From contig OY763426.1 in the NCBI GenBank assembly GCA_963667495.1, positions 2,009,039-2,073,038 on the forward strand: a stretch of 64,000 bases of DNA. The letters run 5' to 3'. A program made the translations under genes and the position numbers. Position 1 is the first letter of the stretch; each line of letters starts with the position of its first letter. Origin of the DNA: Candidatus Binatia bacterium (GTDB lineage: Bacteria; Desulfobacterota; Binatia; Bin18). The notes under the pieces were generated by a model. It had not been told where the DNA came from. It made no database searches and saw only the letters and a program-made list of their open reading frames with translations. Below are positions 50,077 to 60,556 of this stretch, piece after piece.

Positions 50077-50784
50077 CTACGAGCCCGGTTTTCCCTTTTT
50101 GCTTTCAATACTTGCATGGGCATGGACTAATTCGGCCATGCTGTCAACTACTTCCGCTTGGGTCAATGCGGTGGTATCGACGCGGACGGCATCAGTTGCA
50201 GGTCGGAGCGGAGCATGGGCGCGCTGGCTGTCACGTCGGTCTCGTTCCGCCATCTCTTGAAGGGTCTGCTCAAGCGAAACATTGGCCTCTCCCCGTTGTC
50301 GCAACTCGGCATAGCGCCGCCGTCCCCGTTCTGCGAGCGAGGCGTCGAGAAATACTTTGATATCCGCATCCGGAAAAACAACCGTCCCAATATCACGCCC
50401 GTCAAGAATGGCCGCACCGGTCCCGCCGAGCCGACGTTGCAGCCCGAGGAGCGCCCGACGGACCTGCGGCTGAGCCGAGACCTCTGAGGCCATCTGGCTC
50501 ATTTCCGGGCGGCGAATATCCTCCGTAATATCCCGATTACCCAAAAGAACACGGGTGTCCGAAAGCGTAATATCCGCAGCGTCACACAAGGCCGCCAGGC
50601 GCTCGCCGTCGTCCGGACTCACCCCCTGTTCCCAAGCGAGTAAACCAATCGTTCGGTAGAGGGCCCCGGTATCGATATAGCGATAGCCGAGCCGTTCGGC
50701 CAAAAGACGACTGACCGTACTCTTGCCTGCGCCAGCCGGACCGTCGATGGCGATGATCAGGCCCTTCTTGGTCTCCGCCATCAT
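50077..50784 (-). CDS. cmk: cytidylate kinase
   Basis: IAIDGPAGAGKST, DTGALYR, DGRDIGTVVFP. Confidence 0.95.
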   Translation of the reverse strand: MMAETKKGLIIAIDGPAGAGKSTVSRLLAERLGYRYIDTGALYRTIGLLAWEQGVSPDDGERLAALCDAADITLSDTRVLLGNRDITEDIRRPEMSQMASEVSAQPQVRRALLGLQRRLGGTGAAILDGRDIGTVVFPDADIKVFLDASLAERGRRRYAELRQRGEANVSLEQTLQEMAERDRRDSQRAHAPLRPATDAVRVDTTALTQAEVVDSMAELVHAHASIESKKGKPGS

Positions 50785-52106
50785 CCCGTCTCCAGCCGGA
50801 CTCCAGTCACTTCCTGGATCAGGCGGTAATAGCCGGGAAAGGAAATGGCAATGCATTCTGGCTCGCGGACGATAACGCCCTCGTCCGAACCGAGTCCGGC
50901 CACGCTCAGCGCCATCGCAATCCGGTGATCCCCCTGGCTGTGGACCGTGCCCCCCCGCACGCGGCCCTGCCCGACGATCACCAGCCCATCCCGCCGTTCT
51001 TCAACCGTTACTCCGAGGGCGGCCAAGGCGACGGCCAGGGCGTGAATGCGGTCACTCTCTTTGACGCGCAGTTCCTCAGCCCCACGAATAACGGACCTGC
51101 CTTGGGCAAACGCCATCACCACGGCCAGCATGGGCAGTTCATCAATGGCGCGGACAATCAACTCACCGTCAACTGTGACCCCACGCAGGGGGCTTGAGCG
51201 GACCACCAGGTCCCCGACGGGCTCTCCGCAGACGTCGCGTGCATTGTGTATCTCGATCTGTGCACCCATTGCCCGAAAGATATCCACTATTCCCGTCCGG
51301 GTGGGATTGAGTCCAATCTGACGAATACGCAATTCCGAGTGTGGCAGCAGGAGGGCGGCCGCGATAAAAAAGGCCGCCGAAGAGAGGTCACCAGGGACAT
51401 TTACATCCTGGGCATGGAGAGGCGTTCCGCCTTCAACGGAGACCGTTCGGCCCTGCACCGCAAGTCGCCCTCCAAATGCGGGTAATAGGCGCTCCGTATG
51501 ATCGCGGGAACGTGCTGGCTCTATGACCGTGGTCCGCCCGGTAGCGTGCAGACCCGCCAACAGGATGGCGGATTTGACCTGGGCGCTCGCCACGGCACTC
51601 GTATACGTCATGCCGGTCAGGGGCCCGCTCTGTCCCGTAATCCGTAACGGCGCGCAGTGTTGTTCTCCTTCGCTCTCAATCGTAGCGCCCATCAGCCGTA
51701 ACGGCTCGATCACCCGTCCCATGGGGCGCCGCCGGAGCGACGCATCACCATCCAAGCGGGACGGAAAAGAACATCCGGCCAGGATACCGGACAGCAGGCG
51801 CATCGTGGTACCGGAATTCCCACAGTCGATTTTGGCGTCAACGTCGCTCGGAGGGTGGAAAGCATCCCGGCCGCGGCTTTTCACGATAACTGTCGTGTCG
51901 TGTTGAGCGATACCGACTCCCAACGACTGGACCGCCCGGATCGTCCGCAGATTATCCTCACCCAGCGAACAGCCCCGGATGCAGCTTTCTCCTGTGGCCA
52001 GCGCTGCGAACAGGACGGCCCGGTGGCTGATGGATTTATCGCCCGGCAGGCGCATTTCGCCTTGTATGCCGTGCGGAGCGGGAGGGATTGTTACCGATGG
52101 TGTCAT
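50781..52106 (-). CDS. aroA: 3-phosphoshikimate 1-carboxyvinyltransferase
   Basis: PGDKSISHR, CGNSGTT, SAQVKSA, ELRVKESDR, DHRIAM. Confidence 0.95.
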   Translation of the reverse strand: MTPSVTIPPAPHGIQGEMRLPGDKSISHRAVLFAALATGESCIRGCSLGEDNLRTIRAVQSLGVGIAQHDTTVIVKSRGRDAFHPPSDVDAKIDCGNSGTTMRLLSGILAGCSFPSRLDGDASLRRRPMGRVIEPLRLMGATIESEGEQHCAPLRITGQSGPLTGMTYTSAVASAQVKSAILLAGLHATGRTTVIEPARSRDHTERLLPAFGGRLAVQGRTVSVEGGTPLHAQDVNVPGDLSSAAFFIAAALLLPHSELRIRQIGLNPTRTGIVDIFRAMGAQIEIHNARDVCGEPVGDLVVRSSPLRGVTVDGELIVRAIDELPMLAVVMAFAQGRSVIRGAEELRVKESDRIHALAVALAALGVTVEERRDGLVIVGQGRVRGGTVHSQGDHRIAMALSVAGLGSDEGVIVREPECIAISFPGYYRLIQEVTGVRLETG

Positions 52107-52110
52107 GTCT

Positions 52111-52136
52111 AGTGGATGACACGTTTACTCTTTCTC
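52111..52136. repeat. half copy of the 54-bp palindromic element, overlapping the tyrA stop
   Basis: Reverse complement gagaaagagtaaacgtgtcatccact matches 5053-5078 at 24/26 positions. Confidence 0.75.
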
Positions 52137-53027
52137 ACGCAAACGTGTCAGGCGCTGACGCTCCTGGCGGGCACGCTCAATGTCCGCCGAGAGTGCTTGT
52201 CCGTCCCCATCGGTCACTGCGACTTTCATCTGCGTCAGCGCGGCTTCAAAGCTGGAAATAGCAGACAGCAAAGCCTCGCGATTGCCGAGACAGATGTCAC
52301 GCCACATCTCTACGGGACTGGCGGCCACCCGAGTCAGGTCCGCAAACGCACTGCCGGCATAGACAAGCGGGTCGACCTGTTCCGACTGTGGCTGAACCGA
52401 GTGAGGGAAGGATTGAAGGAGACCATTCATCACGCTGAACGCGATGAGATGGGGGAGATGGCTGACTTGGGCAAGAATGCGGTCGTGGACCTCGGGGTCC
52501 ATCTCTTCGACTCGCATGCCGACGCCCTCCCATAAGGCCCGGACCCGCGCCAGAGCCTCGACATTGGTCTTGTCTGTCGGCGTCAAGACGCACAAGCGTC
52601 CCTCAAAGAGGGTTTCAAAGGCCGCCCCAGCCCCGGCATTTTCAGTCCCGGCAATGGGATGTGCGGCCACACAGGGCAGCGAGTCAGGAACAAGCGACTC
52701 AAGTGTAGTAACAACCGGAGCTTTGACACTCCCGGCATCTGTCACAATACAGCCCGGCGAGAGATAGGGCAGAAACTGTTGCGCGGCTGGGCCAGTCGCC
52801 TGGACCGGAACGGCCAGCAGGACGCAGTCGGTTCCCCGAGCCGCTTCGGCTGGATCGAAGGTATAGGCATCAATGAGGCCGCGGTCGAGCGCAATTTTCA
52901 GATTGGCTTCGGTCCGACCAAATCCAACTACCTGTTCAACCAGACCTCGCGCCTTGGCCGCCAGCCCGAGCGAGCCACCGATCAGACCAACCCCGACGAT
53001 AAGCAGACGATGAAATAAGGGTGACAT
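52125..53027 (-). CDS. tyrA: prephenate/arogenate dehydrogenase
   Basis: GVGLIGGS, DAGSVK, HPIAGTE, SHLPH, TRVA. Confidence 0.92.
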   Translation of the reverse strand: MSPLFHRLLIVGVGLIGGSLGLAAKARGLVEQVVGFGRTEANLKIALDRGLIDAYTFDPAEAARGTDCVLLAVPVQATGPAAQQFLPYLSPGCIVTDAGSVKAPVVTTLESLVPDSLPCVAAHPIAGTENAGAGAAFETLFEGRLCVLTPTDKTNVEALARVRALWEGVGMRVEEMDPEVHDRILAQVSHLPHLIAFSVMNGLLQSFPHSVQPQSEQVDPLVYAGSAFADLTRVAASPVEMWRDICLGNREALLSAISSFEAALTQMKVAVTDGDGQALSADIERARQERQRLTRLREKE

Positions 53028-53049
53028 ACTGTATAAGGCGTGGCGCAGG

Positions 53050-54141
53050 CTATGCCTGCGTTTGCAGCTTCTCCATAGCCGCAATAAAGCGTTCGTTTTC
53101 CTCAGCCAGGCCCACACTCACGCGGGCATAGCCGGGATAGCCATAGCCCTCCATCGGCCGAATGATAATACCCTGGGGCAGAAGCTGTTGCGACACGCCA
53201 GGACCAACCTTGACCAGGAGGAAATTCCCCCAGCTCGGCGCGTAGGCAATACCCAGACGGTCCAACTCCCGACGCAGATAGGCCAGTCCATGCCGATTAT
53301 TATCCTGGGTGCGGCGAATATGCTCGGTATCGTCAAGCGCGGCCAACGCTCCCACCTGGGCGAGGGTATTCACATTAAAGGGCTGACGGATACGGTTGAG
53401 GGCATCAATCACTTCTGGTGAGGAAATGCCATAGCCAACGCGAACGCCGGCCAGACCGCATATCTTGGAAAACGTGCGCAGGGTGACGAGTACCCGCTCA
53501 TCCGAATGGTAGGCAAGCGAGTCGGGATAGTCGGCATCGTCGACAAATTCAAAATACGCTTCGTCGACGACAATCACCACATTCGGTGGCACCCTCTCCA
53601 GAAACGCCTCCCAGTCCGCCCTGGTATAGATCGTGCCGGTGGGATTATTGGGGTTATCCAGAAAAATAATGCGCGTATCGGCTTCAATGGCGCGCGCCAT
53701 TGCGTCGAGATCAAAGGCGAAGCCGGTGTGCGGAACGGTAATCGTGCGGCCCCCGGCCGCGTGTACACACAGATGATAAATGGCAAAGGCGTGCTCCGCG
53801 GCGACAATCGATTCGCCCACACGCAAAAAGGTGCGCACGATCATCTCGATCAATTCGTTCGAGCCGTTACCAACAATAATCCGCGAACGGTCCAGCTCGA
53901 ATTTCTCGGCCAGACGTTGCTTGAGATAAAAGGCGTCGCCGTCGGGATACAGATTGAGTTGGGGTAGGGCCGCACGAATTGCCTCAAGCGCCTTTGGAGA
54001 CGGACCGAGGGGGTTCTCGTTTGAGGCGATTTTCACCGAGTTGCTGATCCCGTATTCCCGCTCCACCTCTTCAATCGGCTTGCCCGGTTGATACGGGGTG
54101 AGGCTCAGGACCCAGTCCGGTACATACTTTCGAATATCCAT
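53050..54141 (-). CDS. hisC: histidinol-phosphate aminotransferase
   Basis: YQPGKP, SNENP, NPNNPTG, DEAY, RTFSK. Confidence 0.94.
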   Translation of the reverse strand: MDIRKYVPDWVLSLTPYQPGKPIEEVEREYGISNSVKIASNENPLGPSPKALEAIRAALPQLNLYPDGDAFYLKQRLAEKFELDRSRIIVGNGSNELIEMIVRTFLRVGESIVAAEHAFAIYHLCVHAAGGRTITVPHTGFAFDLDAMARAIEADTRIIFLDNPNNPTGTIYTRADWEAFLERVPPNVVIVVDEAYFEFVDDADYPDSLAYHSDERVLVTLRTFSKICGLAGVRVGYGISSPEVIDALNRIRQPFNVNTLAQVGALAALDDTEHIRRTQDNNRHGLAYLRRELDRLGIAYAPSWGNFLLVKVGPGVSQQLLPQGIIIRPMEGYGYPGYARVSVGLAEENERFIAAMEKLQTQA

Positions 54142-54147
54142 ACGCGT

Positions 54148-55275
54148 TCACCGTTTTTGCCGAGCCGACTCCGTCGCTGACCCAAAGGAGGTATAGGAAC
54201 CCAGCACTTTGACCGACATGCAGCAGGGCTCGATCTCCCGCAGAGCGTCGGCGAGCGCCTGGTCGCCCACATGGCCTTCAACATCGATAAAAAAGACATA
54301 TTCCCAGGGTCGTCCTTTGAGCGGCCGGGATTCAATCCGCAGCAGGCTCATGCTGTGGGCGGCAAACGGCCTCAGCACCTGGTACAGCACCCCTGGCTCA
54401 TCCCGGACCGACAGCACCAGGGACGTTTTGTCATCCCCGCTTGGCGTACCCGGTTGCCGGGTCCGGCTCAGAATAGCGAAACGGGTGTAGTTCGCGGCCT
54501 GATCCTGAATATCCGCATCGATGATGTTGAGCCGATAGCGCTCCGCGGCTAACCGTCCGGCAATCGCTGCGGCGTGAGGGTCCCGTCGCACCAGTTCAGC
54601 CGCCCGCGAATTGCTCGCTGCCGCCTCCGTGGGCACCCCCGGCAGATGCGTGGCCAGCCAGTGCTGGCATTGGGCCAGAGACTGCGGATGGGCCAGGACG
54701 CGCTGAATACGCTCCCGCTTTGTGGCGCGGCTGAGCAAACAGTGCCGGATGGCTAAAGACCGCTCGGCAATAATATGCAGATTCGTTTCAATAAAGAGAT
54801 CGAGCGTCAGAGCAACCGAGCCTTGACTCGAATTCTCAACGGGCACGACCCCGTATTCGGTCTGCCCGTTTTCCACTGCTGAGAAAATCTGGGGAATCGT
54901 CTCCACCGAGACAAATTCAGCCTTTGAGCCAAACTGTTCTTTACTGGCCATATGCGCATAGCTCGCCTCCGGTCCGAGATAGGCAACCCGCAAGGACATT
55001 TCGAGCGCACGTGAGGCAGAAATAATTTCGCGATAAATAGCCTGAACGGACTCTATCGGCAGCGGCCCGGTGTTCAACTCAGCCAGACGGGCGAGAATGG
55101 CCCGCTCCCGACCCGGTACATAGACCGCACTGGCCTCCCCTTTCGTGTTTCCAATCTGTTCAGCCAGGCGGGCGCGGCGATTTAACAGCGTGAGGATTTG
55201 GGTATCGATCCGATCGATTTTCGCTCTGAACGTATCTAATGCCGGCTGCGAAGAAGAGGAACGTTTGTGCGCCAC
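54148..55275 (-). CDS. pheA: chorismate mutase/prephenate dehydratase
   Basis: R..ID.ID, YLGP, PVENS, NYTRF, IESRP. Confidence 0.94.
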   Translation of the reverse strand: MAHKRSSSSQPALDTFRAKIDRIDTQILTLLNRRARLAEQIGNTKGEASAVYVPGRERAILARLAELNTGPLPIESVQAIYREIISASRALEMSLRVAYLGPEASYAHMASKEQFGSKAEFVSVETIPQIFSAVENGQTEYGVVPVENSSQGSVALTLDLFIETNLHIIAERSLAIRHCLLSRATKRERIQRVLAHPQSLAQCQHWLATHLPGVPTEAAASNSRAAELVRRDPHAAAIAGRLAAERYRLNIIDADIQDQAANYTRFAILSRTRQPGTPSGDDKTSLVLSVRDEPGVLYQVLRPFAAHSMSLLRIESRPLKGRPWEYVFFIDVEGHVGDQALADALREIEPCCMSVKVLGSYTSFGSATESARQKR

Positions 55276-55368
55276 ACGGCGTTTTGTACTACGATTTGCT
55301 ATGCCAGTCTATGCGGCTCGGGCCTCTCTCCAAGCGGGCTAGCCGTGGTTCAGCGCGGTGCGCCCACT

Positions 55369-56364
55369 CTAATTGACCGCGGTCTCCACGTCCTCTGTCG
55401 TATCGACAATACCAACTTCCCCCATCCGCCGGAATTTCGTGTAGCGTTGGTCCATGAGCTCGGCCACGGACAAGTCATTCACCGCTTGCAGATGTCGGTC
55501 GATTGCGGCTCCAACATCGCTGATCGCCGCCTGGGTATGCCGGTGGGCTCCCCCTGACGGCTCGGCAATCATCTCATCAATCACGTCGAGAGCGAGCAAA
55601 TGCGGAGCCGTGACCTTCAACGCCTCGGCTGCCCAGGCCGAACGCTCTGGTGTGCGTTCCCCAAACAGAATCGCCGCGCAGCCTTCGGGAGTAATGACCG
55701 AGTAGCAGGCGTTTTCCTGCATTAGCAGCCGGTCGCCCACTCCGAGGGCGAGGGCGCCACCACTCCCCCCTTCTCCAATCACCGTGACAATGATGGGCGT
55801 CTTGAGGCCGGCCATTTCCTGGATATTCCGGGCAATGGCTTCGGCCTGGCCGCGCTCCTCGGCACCCACTCCGGGATAGGCTCCTTGGGTATCAACAAAG
55901 CTCAGCACGGGCCGCTGGAACCGTTCGGCGAGATGAAAGAGGCGGAGCGCCTTCCGATAGCCCTCGGGCCGGGGCATGCCAAAATTCCGGCGCACTTTTT
56001 CGGTCACCGTCTTGCCGCGCTGATGGCCGACCACAACCACTGGTGTCCCACGAAAACGCGCCAGACCGCCGATAATCGCCGGATCATCACCAAAGACCCG
56101 GTCGCCGTGCAACTCTACGAATTCGGAGCATAACGCCTCAATATAATCGAGCGTATAGGGCCGGTCCGGGTGTCGAGAGAGTTGTACCCGCTGCCACGGC
56201 GAGAGGGCGCTATACACCTCGGTCTCACGTTGTCGGAGCTGTTCTTCCAGGGCGGCGAGTTCAGTCTGTTGCTGGGCTGAGCGGGTTTCCAACTGGCTGA
56301 GGGCCTGCATCTGTTTATCCAACTCTTCCAGCGAGCGCTCAAAATCGAGATAGGTTGTCTGCAC
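55369..56364 (-). CDS. accA: acetyl-CoA carboxylase carboxyltransferase alpha
   Basis: YLDFE, RHPDRP, ELHGDR, PEGYRKA, GEGGSGGA. Confidence 0.95.
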   Translation of the reverse strand: MQTTYLDFERSLEELDKQMQALSQLETRSAQQQTELAALEEQLRQRETEVYSALSPWQRVQLSRHPDRPYTLDYIEALCSEFVELHGDRVFGDDPAIIGGLARFRGTPVVVVGHQRGKTVTEKVRRNFGMPRPEGYRKALRLFHLAERFQRPVLSFVDTQGAYPGVGAEERGQAEAIARNIQEMAGLKTPIIVTVIGEGGSGGALALGVGDRLLMQENACYSVITPEGCAAILFGERTPERSAWAAEALKVTAPHLLALDVIDEMIAEPSGGAHRHTQAAISDVGAAIDRHLQAVNDLSVAELMDQRYTKFRRMGEVGIVDTTEDVETAVN

Positions 56365-56438
56365 AATTGCTCCTTCAATACAGCAGGCGTGAAACGGCAG
56401 AGGTAGAACGACCCGGCAGGTCCCTGACGTCTGCTCCG

Positions 56439-57371
56439 TTATGTATTCTTCGCCCCTTCAAAGAAATCCTGCACCACACGGTCAATGTCTTTCTCCTGGG
56501 CTGGCGCATACCATTGTACCTCGGGTTCTGCGCGCAGCCAGGTCAGCTGCCGTTTGGCCAGCCGACGGGTTGCCGTGGCCATATGGGCGACTGCCTCCTC
56601 TAAGCTGGAGCGCCCGTGTAAGAGGTCCACAATCTGAGCATAGCCGATGGTGCGAAATGCGGGAAGCTGCTCACCAAACCCCATATCCCAGACTCGGCGG
56701 ACCTCGTCAACAAAGCCATCACGAATCATCTGCTGGCAGCGCTGCTGAATACGCCGGGCCAAGACCTCCCGTTCCAGGACCAGGGACACCAGCAGCGTCG
56801 AAAATGGCCGCTCTCGGAAGCCGTGCTCCCGCTGCCAGACGCTCATTCGCTTCCCGCTCAACAGCCAGACCTCCAAGGCCCGAATCAGCCGGGCGCGATC
56901 GTGTGGATGGAGTCGCCGGGCCGTGTCCGCATCAACCTGACAGAGCCAATTGTGGAGAAAACCAGGACCATGCTCCTGCTCCTGGGCAGTCAGACGTGTG
57001 CGCAGCGCGGGGTCGGCCTGTGGTCCAACAAAGAGCCCTCGGGTCAAGGCCCGAATATAGAGTCCGGTTCCACCCACCACAAAAATGCGCTTATCCCGCC
57101 GAGTCAGGGCGGCAATCGCTTCGTGCGCGAGTGTCCGAAAGCGGGCCACATCAAAATGCTCATCCGGATTGACTACATCAATCACATGATGCGGCACCTG
57201 GGCCTGCTCGGCTGGTGTCGGCTTTGCCGTCCCAATGTTCAGGTGGCGATACACCTGACGTGAATCCGCGCTGATAATCTCCGCGTTATAGCGCTGGGCG
57301 AGGGTGAGCGCGAGCGCTGTTTTGCCCGTGGCAGTCGGACCGGTAATCACAACGACCTGTGGCTTTCCCAT
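56439..57371 (-). CDS. miaA: tRNA dimethylallyltransferase
   Basis: GPTATGKT, SADSRQVY, GTAKP, GGTGLY, AKRQLTW. Confidence 0.95.
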   Translation of the reverse strand: MGKPQVVVITGPTATGKTALALTLAQRYNAEIISADSRQVYRHLNIGTAKPTPAEQAQVPHHVIDVVNPDEHFDVARFRTLAHEAIAALTRRDKRIFVVGGTGLYIRALTRGLFVGPQADPALRTRLTAQEQEHGPGFLHNWLCQVDADTARRLHPHDRARLIRALEVWLLSGKRMSVWQREHGFRERPFSTLLVSLVLEREVLARRIQQRCQQMIRDGFVDEVRRVWDMGFGEQLPAFRTIGYAQIVDLLHGRSSLEEAVAHMATATRRLAKRQLTWLRAEPEVQWYAPAQEKDIDRVVQDFFEGAKNT

Positions 57372-57421
57372 AGATCACAGTAGGCGCGTGATATGCACCT
57401 GGGGCTTCTCTTGCCGGCGGA

Positions 57422-58087
57422 TCACCCCGCTGGATTAACCCCGAGGGCAGGTAGAACATCTAAATCCTGTAATGCCTGATAGGTATGCGTCGCCGTTGGC
57501 TCTGAGGCAAAGAGCGTAAGGTCTTCAACCGAGTCAATATCAAACGCAATCCGCGGGGCCTCAATCACCCGACAGGCAATATTCTCCTCCCGAGCCCGGG
57601 CCTGGTGGGCGCCGAGGCTTGGGCCGCCGAAGCAGGTGGGGATAACGAGCGGCGGGGTGCGCAGGAGCGCATTGGTGCCCTCGCCTTCTTTGCACGTTAC
57701 CAACAGCACTTCGGGCTCATCCGTTGCCTCACACAAGAGCAGGTCAACGTCTTCAGATGTGACCAGAGGCAGGTCTGACAGCAGGACTAGCAGCGTTGTG
57801 CTGCCCTGTTGCAGACAAAACTCTTCACCAACCGCGACGGCCCCGTTGAGCCCCCGCGGATGGCCCTCGTCTATGGCGTCCGCACCTAAGCCGCGCGCCA
57901 GGTCCAACAAGGTCTGATCCGAGGTCACGACCCCAAAGCGGTCCACCGTCGCCGCGCGGCGCAGCTGCGTCAGCACGTCGCGCAACATGGCCTGAGACAG
58001 GCTCTGCCGCTGGGCGTCGGACAAGAGGGCGGACAGGCGACTTTTGCCTTGGGTTAAGGCTTTAATAGGAACCAGAACGAAATTCAC
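57422..58087 (-). CDS. cofC: 2-phospho-L-lactate guanylyltransferase (F420 biosynthesis)
   Basis: VPIK....KSRL, AMLRDVL, GLNGA, DLP, GTNAL, DIDSVEDL. Confidence 0.88.
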   Translation of the reverse strand: MNFVLVPIKALTQGKSRLSALLSDAQRQSLSQAMLRDVLTQLRRAATVDRFGVVTSDQTLLDLARGLGADAIDEGHPRGLNGAVAVGEEFCLQQGSTTLLVLLSDLPLVTSEDVDLLLCEATDEPEVLLVTCKEGEGTNALLRTPPLVIPTCFGGPSLGAHQARAREENIACRVIEAPRIAFDIDSVEDLTLFASEPTATHTYQALQDLDVLPALGVNPAG

Positions 58088-58184
58088 ACAGGCTATCCTG
58101 AAGAAATTCTCCTTGCAGAACAAGAGGGAATGCGGATATAGTTGGGCCGCTTATCACATACGGTAAAGAAGAAGGAGGAACCAC

Positions 58185-59402
58185 ATGAGAGAGGTTGCCC
58201 TGGTTGGCGCGGGCATGACCCGTTTTGCCAAGCACATGGATAAAGGTATGAAAGAGTTGTCCCGCGAGGCCATTGAGGGCGCCCTCAAATCGGCTGGAGT
58301 TGAAGCCGATGCGCTTGAGGCCGTCGCGGTCGGGAACGCCATGGCCGGCCTGATTACCGGTCAGGAATGTATCCGCGGGCAAGTCGTCCTGCGTGAAATG
58401 GGGATTGGCGGCATTCCGGTCATTAACACTGAAAACGCCTGTGCCAGCGCGGCCACCGCCTTTCATCTGGCCTGGTTGTATGTCGCGTCCGGCATGTACG
58501 ATGTCGTACTCGCCCTGGGCATGGAAAAGCTCTACCACGAGGATAAGAAGAAATCGTTTGCCGCCATCGGCAGCGCCATTGATGTCGAGCTGATGCAAAA
58601 AACTTTGGCGGACATGAAAAAAGCTACCGAAGAGAAAGGCGGAGGAGCCGGGGCCGGCAAGTCGCGCAGCATGTTCATGGACTTTTACGCCGAGTTTGCC
58701 CGCAGCCATATGCGGAAATACGGCACGACCAAAGAGCATTATGCGCAGATTGCCGCCAAGAATCACACCAACGGAAGCCTGAACCCCCATGCCCAGTTCC
58801 AGACTCCGCGCAGCGTGGAAGACGTGCTCGCCTCGCCCATGATCGCCGATCCGCTGACGCGGATGATGTGCTCCCCTATTGGCGACGGTGCTGCTGCCCT
58901 GGTGCTCACTAGCGCAGAGAAAGCGGAAGAATTCACCACCAAGCCGGTCTATGTCAAAGCCTCGGTGCTGGGGTCAGGTAAAGACCACCAGCCTGGGGAC
59001 CCCGGCGTGACGGAACGCATGGCGAAGAAAGCCTACGAAGTGGCCGGCATTGGTCCCGAAGATCTGGATGTGGCAGAAGTCCACGACGCCTCAGCCCCGG
59101 CCGAACTCATCATTTATGAAGAGCTCGGCCTGTGTCAGCAGGGTGAGGGCGGCCGCCTGATTGACGAAGGGGTGACGGCGCTCGGCGGGAAAACTCCGGT
59201 GAATCCGAGCGGCGGTTTGCTGGCCAAGGGCCACCCGGTTGGAGCCACCGGCACGGCACAGATTGCTGAGATTTTCTGGCAACTCCGTGGTGAAGCCGGG
59301 AAGCGCCAGGTGGAAGGCGCCAAAGTTGGACTGACCGAAAATGGCGGCGGCATGGTCCGTGGCGAAGCTGCCGCGTTGGCCGTTCACATTCTCAGCGTCT
59401 AA
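58185..59402 (+). CDS. thiolase family protein (SCP-x/FadA-like)
   Basis: ENACAS, CSPIGDGAAA, EVHDA, NPSGGLLAKGHPVGATG. Confidence 0.9.
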   Translation: MREVALVGAGMTRFAKHMDKGMKELSREAIEGALKSAGVEADALEAVAVGNAMAGLITGQECIRGQVVLREMGIGGIPVINTENACASAATAFHLAWLYVASGMYDVVLALGMEKLYHEDKKKSFAAIGSAIDVELMQKTLADMKKATEEKGGGAGAGKSRSMFMDFYAEFARSHMRKYGTTKEHYAQIAAKNHTNGSLNPHAQFQTPRSVEDVLASPMIADPLTRMMCSPIGDGAAALVLTSAEKAEEFTTKPVYVKASVLGSGKDHQPGDPGVTERMAKKAYEVAGIGPEDLDVAEVHDASAPAELIIYEELGLCQQGEGGRLIDEGVTALGGKTPVNPSGGLLAKGHPVGATGTAQIAEIFWQLRGEAGKRQVEGAKVGLTENGGGMVRGEAAALAVHILSV

Positions 59403-59975
59403 ATGCGAGTGATCTCCGGCTCGGCAGGTGGGCTCACCCTGGTGGCGCCCAAGGGACATAGGGTCCGGCCCACTGCCGACCGGGTCAGAGAGTCTGTTTT
59501 CAATATCCTCGCCAGTCGATTTTCCCTCGTCGATATAGATGTTCTGGACCTGTTCGCCGGGACCGGCGGGCTTGGCATAGAAGCCTTGAGCCGAGGCGGC
59601 CGCTCGGTCGTCTTCGTCGATGCCAGTCCGGACGCGCAGAAAGTCATTCGCACCAACCTCAAAACTACAAAGCTGTTCCACCGTGGCCGCCTGCTGCGGG
59701 CCTCCGTCCCGACCGGGATTCGTATCGTGGAAGACCAAGGGCTGCGTTTTGGCGGAGTGTTTCTCGATCCGCCGTATGGGGAAGGCTGGGTGGATAAGAC
59801 CCTGCGGCGTTTGGCGCGCAGCCCGGTGCTCCTCCCAGGCGCCTGGGTCGTTGCTGAGCACGCGCAGCAGGAGTCTGGAGCCCCCGCCTACACCGCCTTG
59901 GTATTGACGGACCGTCGCCGTTACGGCACAACCGAGGTGTCTTTTTACCAGCATGAGGGTGAGGAATCCGAGTGA
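59403..59975 (+). CDS. rsmD: 16S rRNA (guanine-N2) methyltransferase RsmD
   Basis: MRVISG, RPT.DRVRES.FN, LDLFAGTG, EALSRG, DPPY. Confidence 0.93.
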   Translation: MRVISGSAGGLTLVAPKGHRVRPTADRVRESVFNILASRFSLVDIDVLDLFAGTGGLGIEALSRGGRSVVFVDASPDAQKVIRTNLKTTKLFHRGRLLRASVPTGIRIVEDQGLRFGGVFLDPPYGEGWVDKTLRRLARSPVLLPGAWVVAEHAQQESGAPAYTALVLTDRRRYGTTEVSFYQHEGEESE

Positions 59976-60465
59976 AACGCCGCGCCATATACCCCGGCTC
60001 TTTTGATCCACCGACGTGTGGCCATGTAGACATCGTCCGGCGGAGCCTTGAGCTCGTCGATGAAGTGGTCGTTGCCGTCGTGTATAACCCCCAAAAAGAG
60101 AACTATCTGTTCGCTCCGCAGGAACGCCTCGACATGTTTCGCGAGGAGTTGCAGGAGGCGGGCGACCGGGTGATCTACGACAGCTTTCATGGCCTGCTGG
60201 TCGATTACGTCGAGCGCATGCAGTCCAAGATTATCATTCGAGGGCTGCGCGCGGCCTCAGATTTGAATACGAGTTTCAGATGGCGCTCATGAACCGCCAT
60301 ATGAAGCCCGAGATGGATACGGTTTTTCTGACGACCGGGGCGGCCCATTTTTACACCGCGGCTCGCTTGGTCAAGGAAATTGCCAGTCTGGACGGTTCCG
60401 TGAAGGGCCTCGTCCCGCCCCATGTTGAAAAACGACTCCGCGAGAAATTCGCGCAACGGACCTGA
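59972..60465 (+). CDS. coaD: pantetheine-phosphate adenylyltransferase (apparent 1-nt frameshift near 60262)
   Basis: YPGSFDP, IRGLR..SD, then FEYEFQMALMNR in a shifted frame. Confidence 0.9.
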
Positions 60466-60556
60466 ACGCGGACTCTCACAGGTCCGCATGACCGTTTCAG
60501 GTCGTTGTCTGAGCGGTATGCAGACCGCGTATCCGATAAGAGGAGTATAGGAAAAA

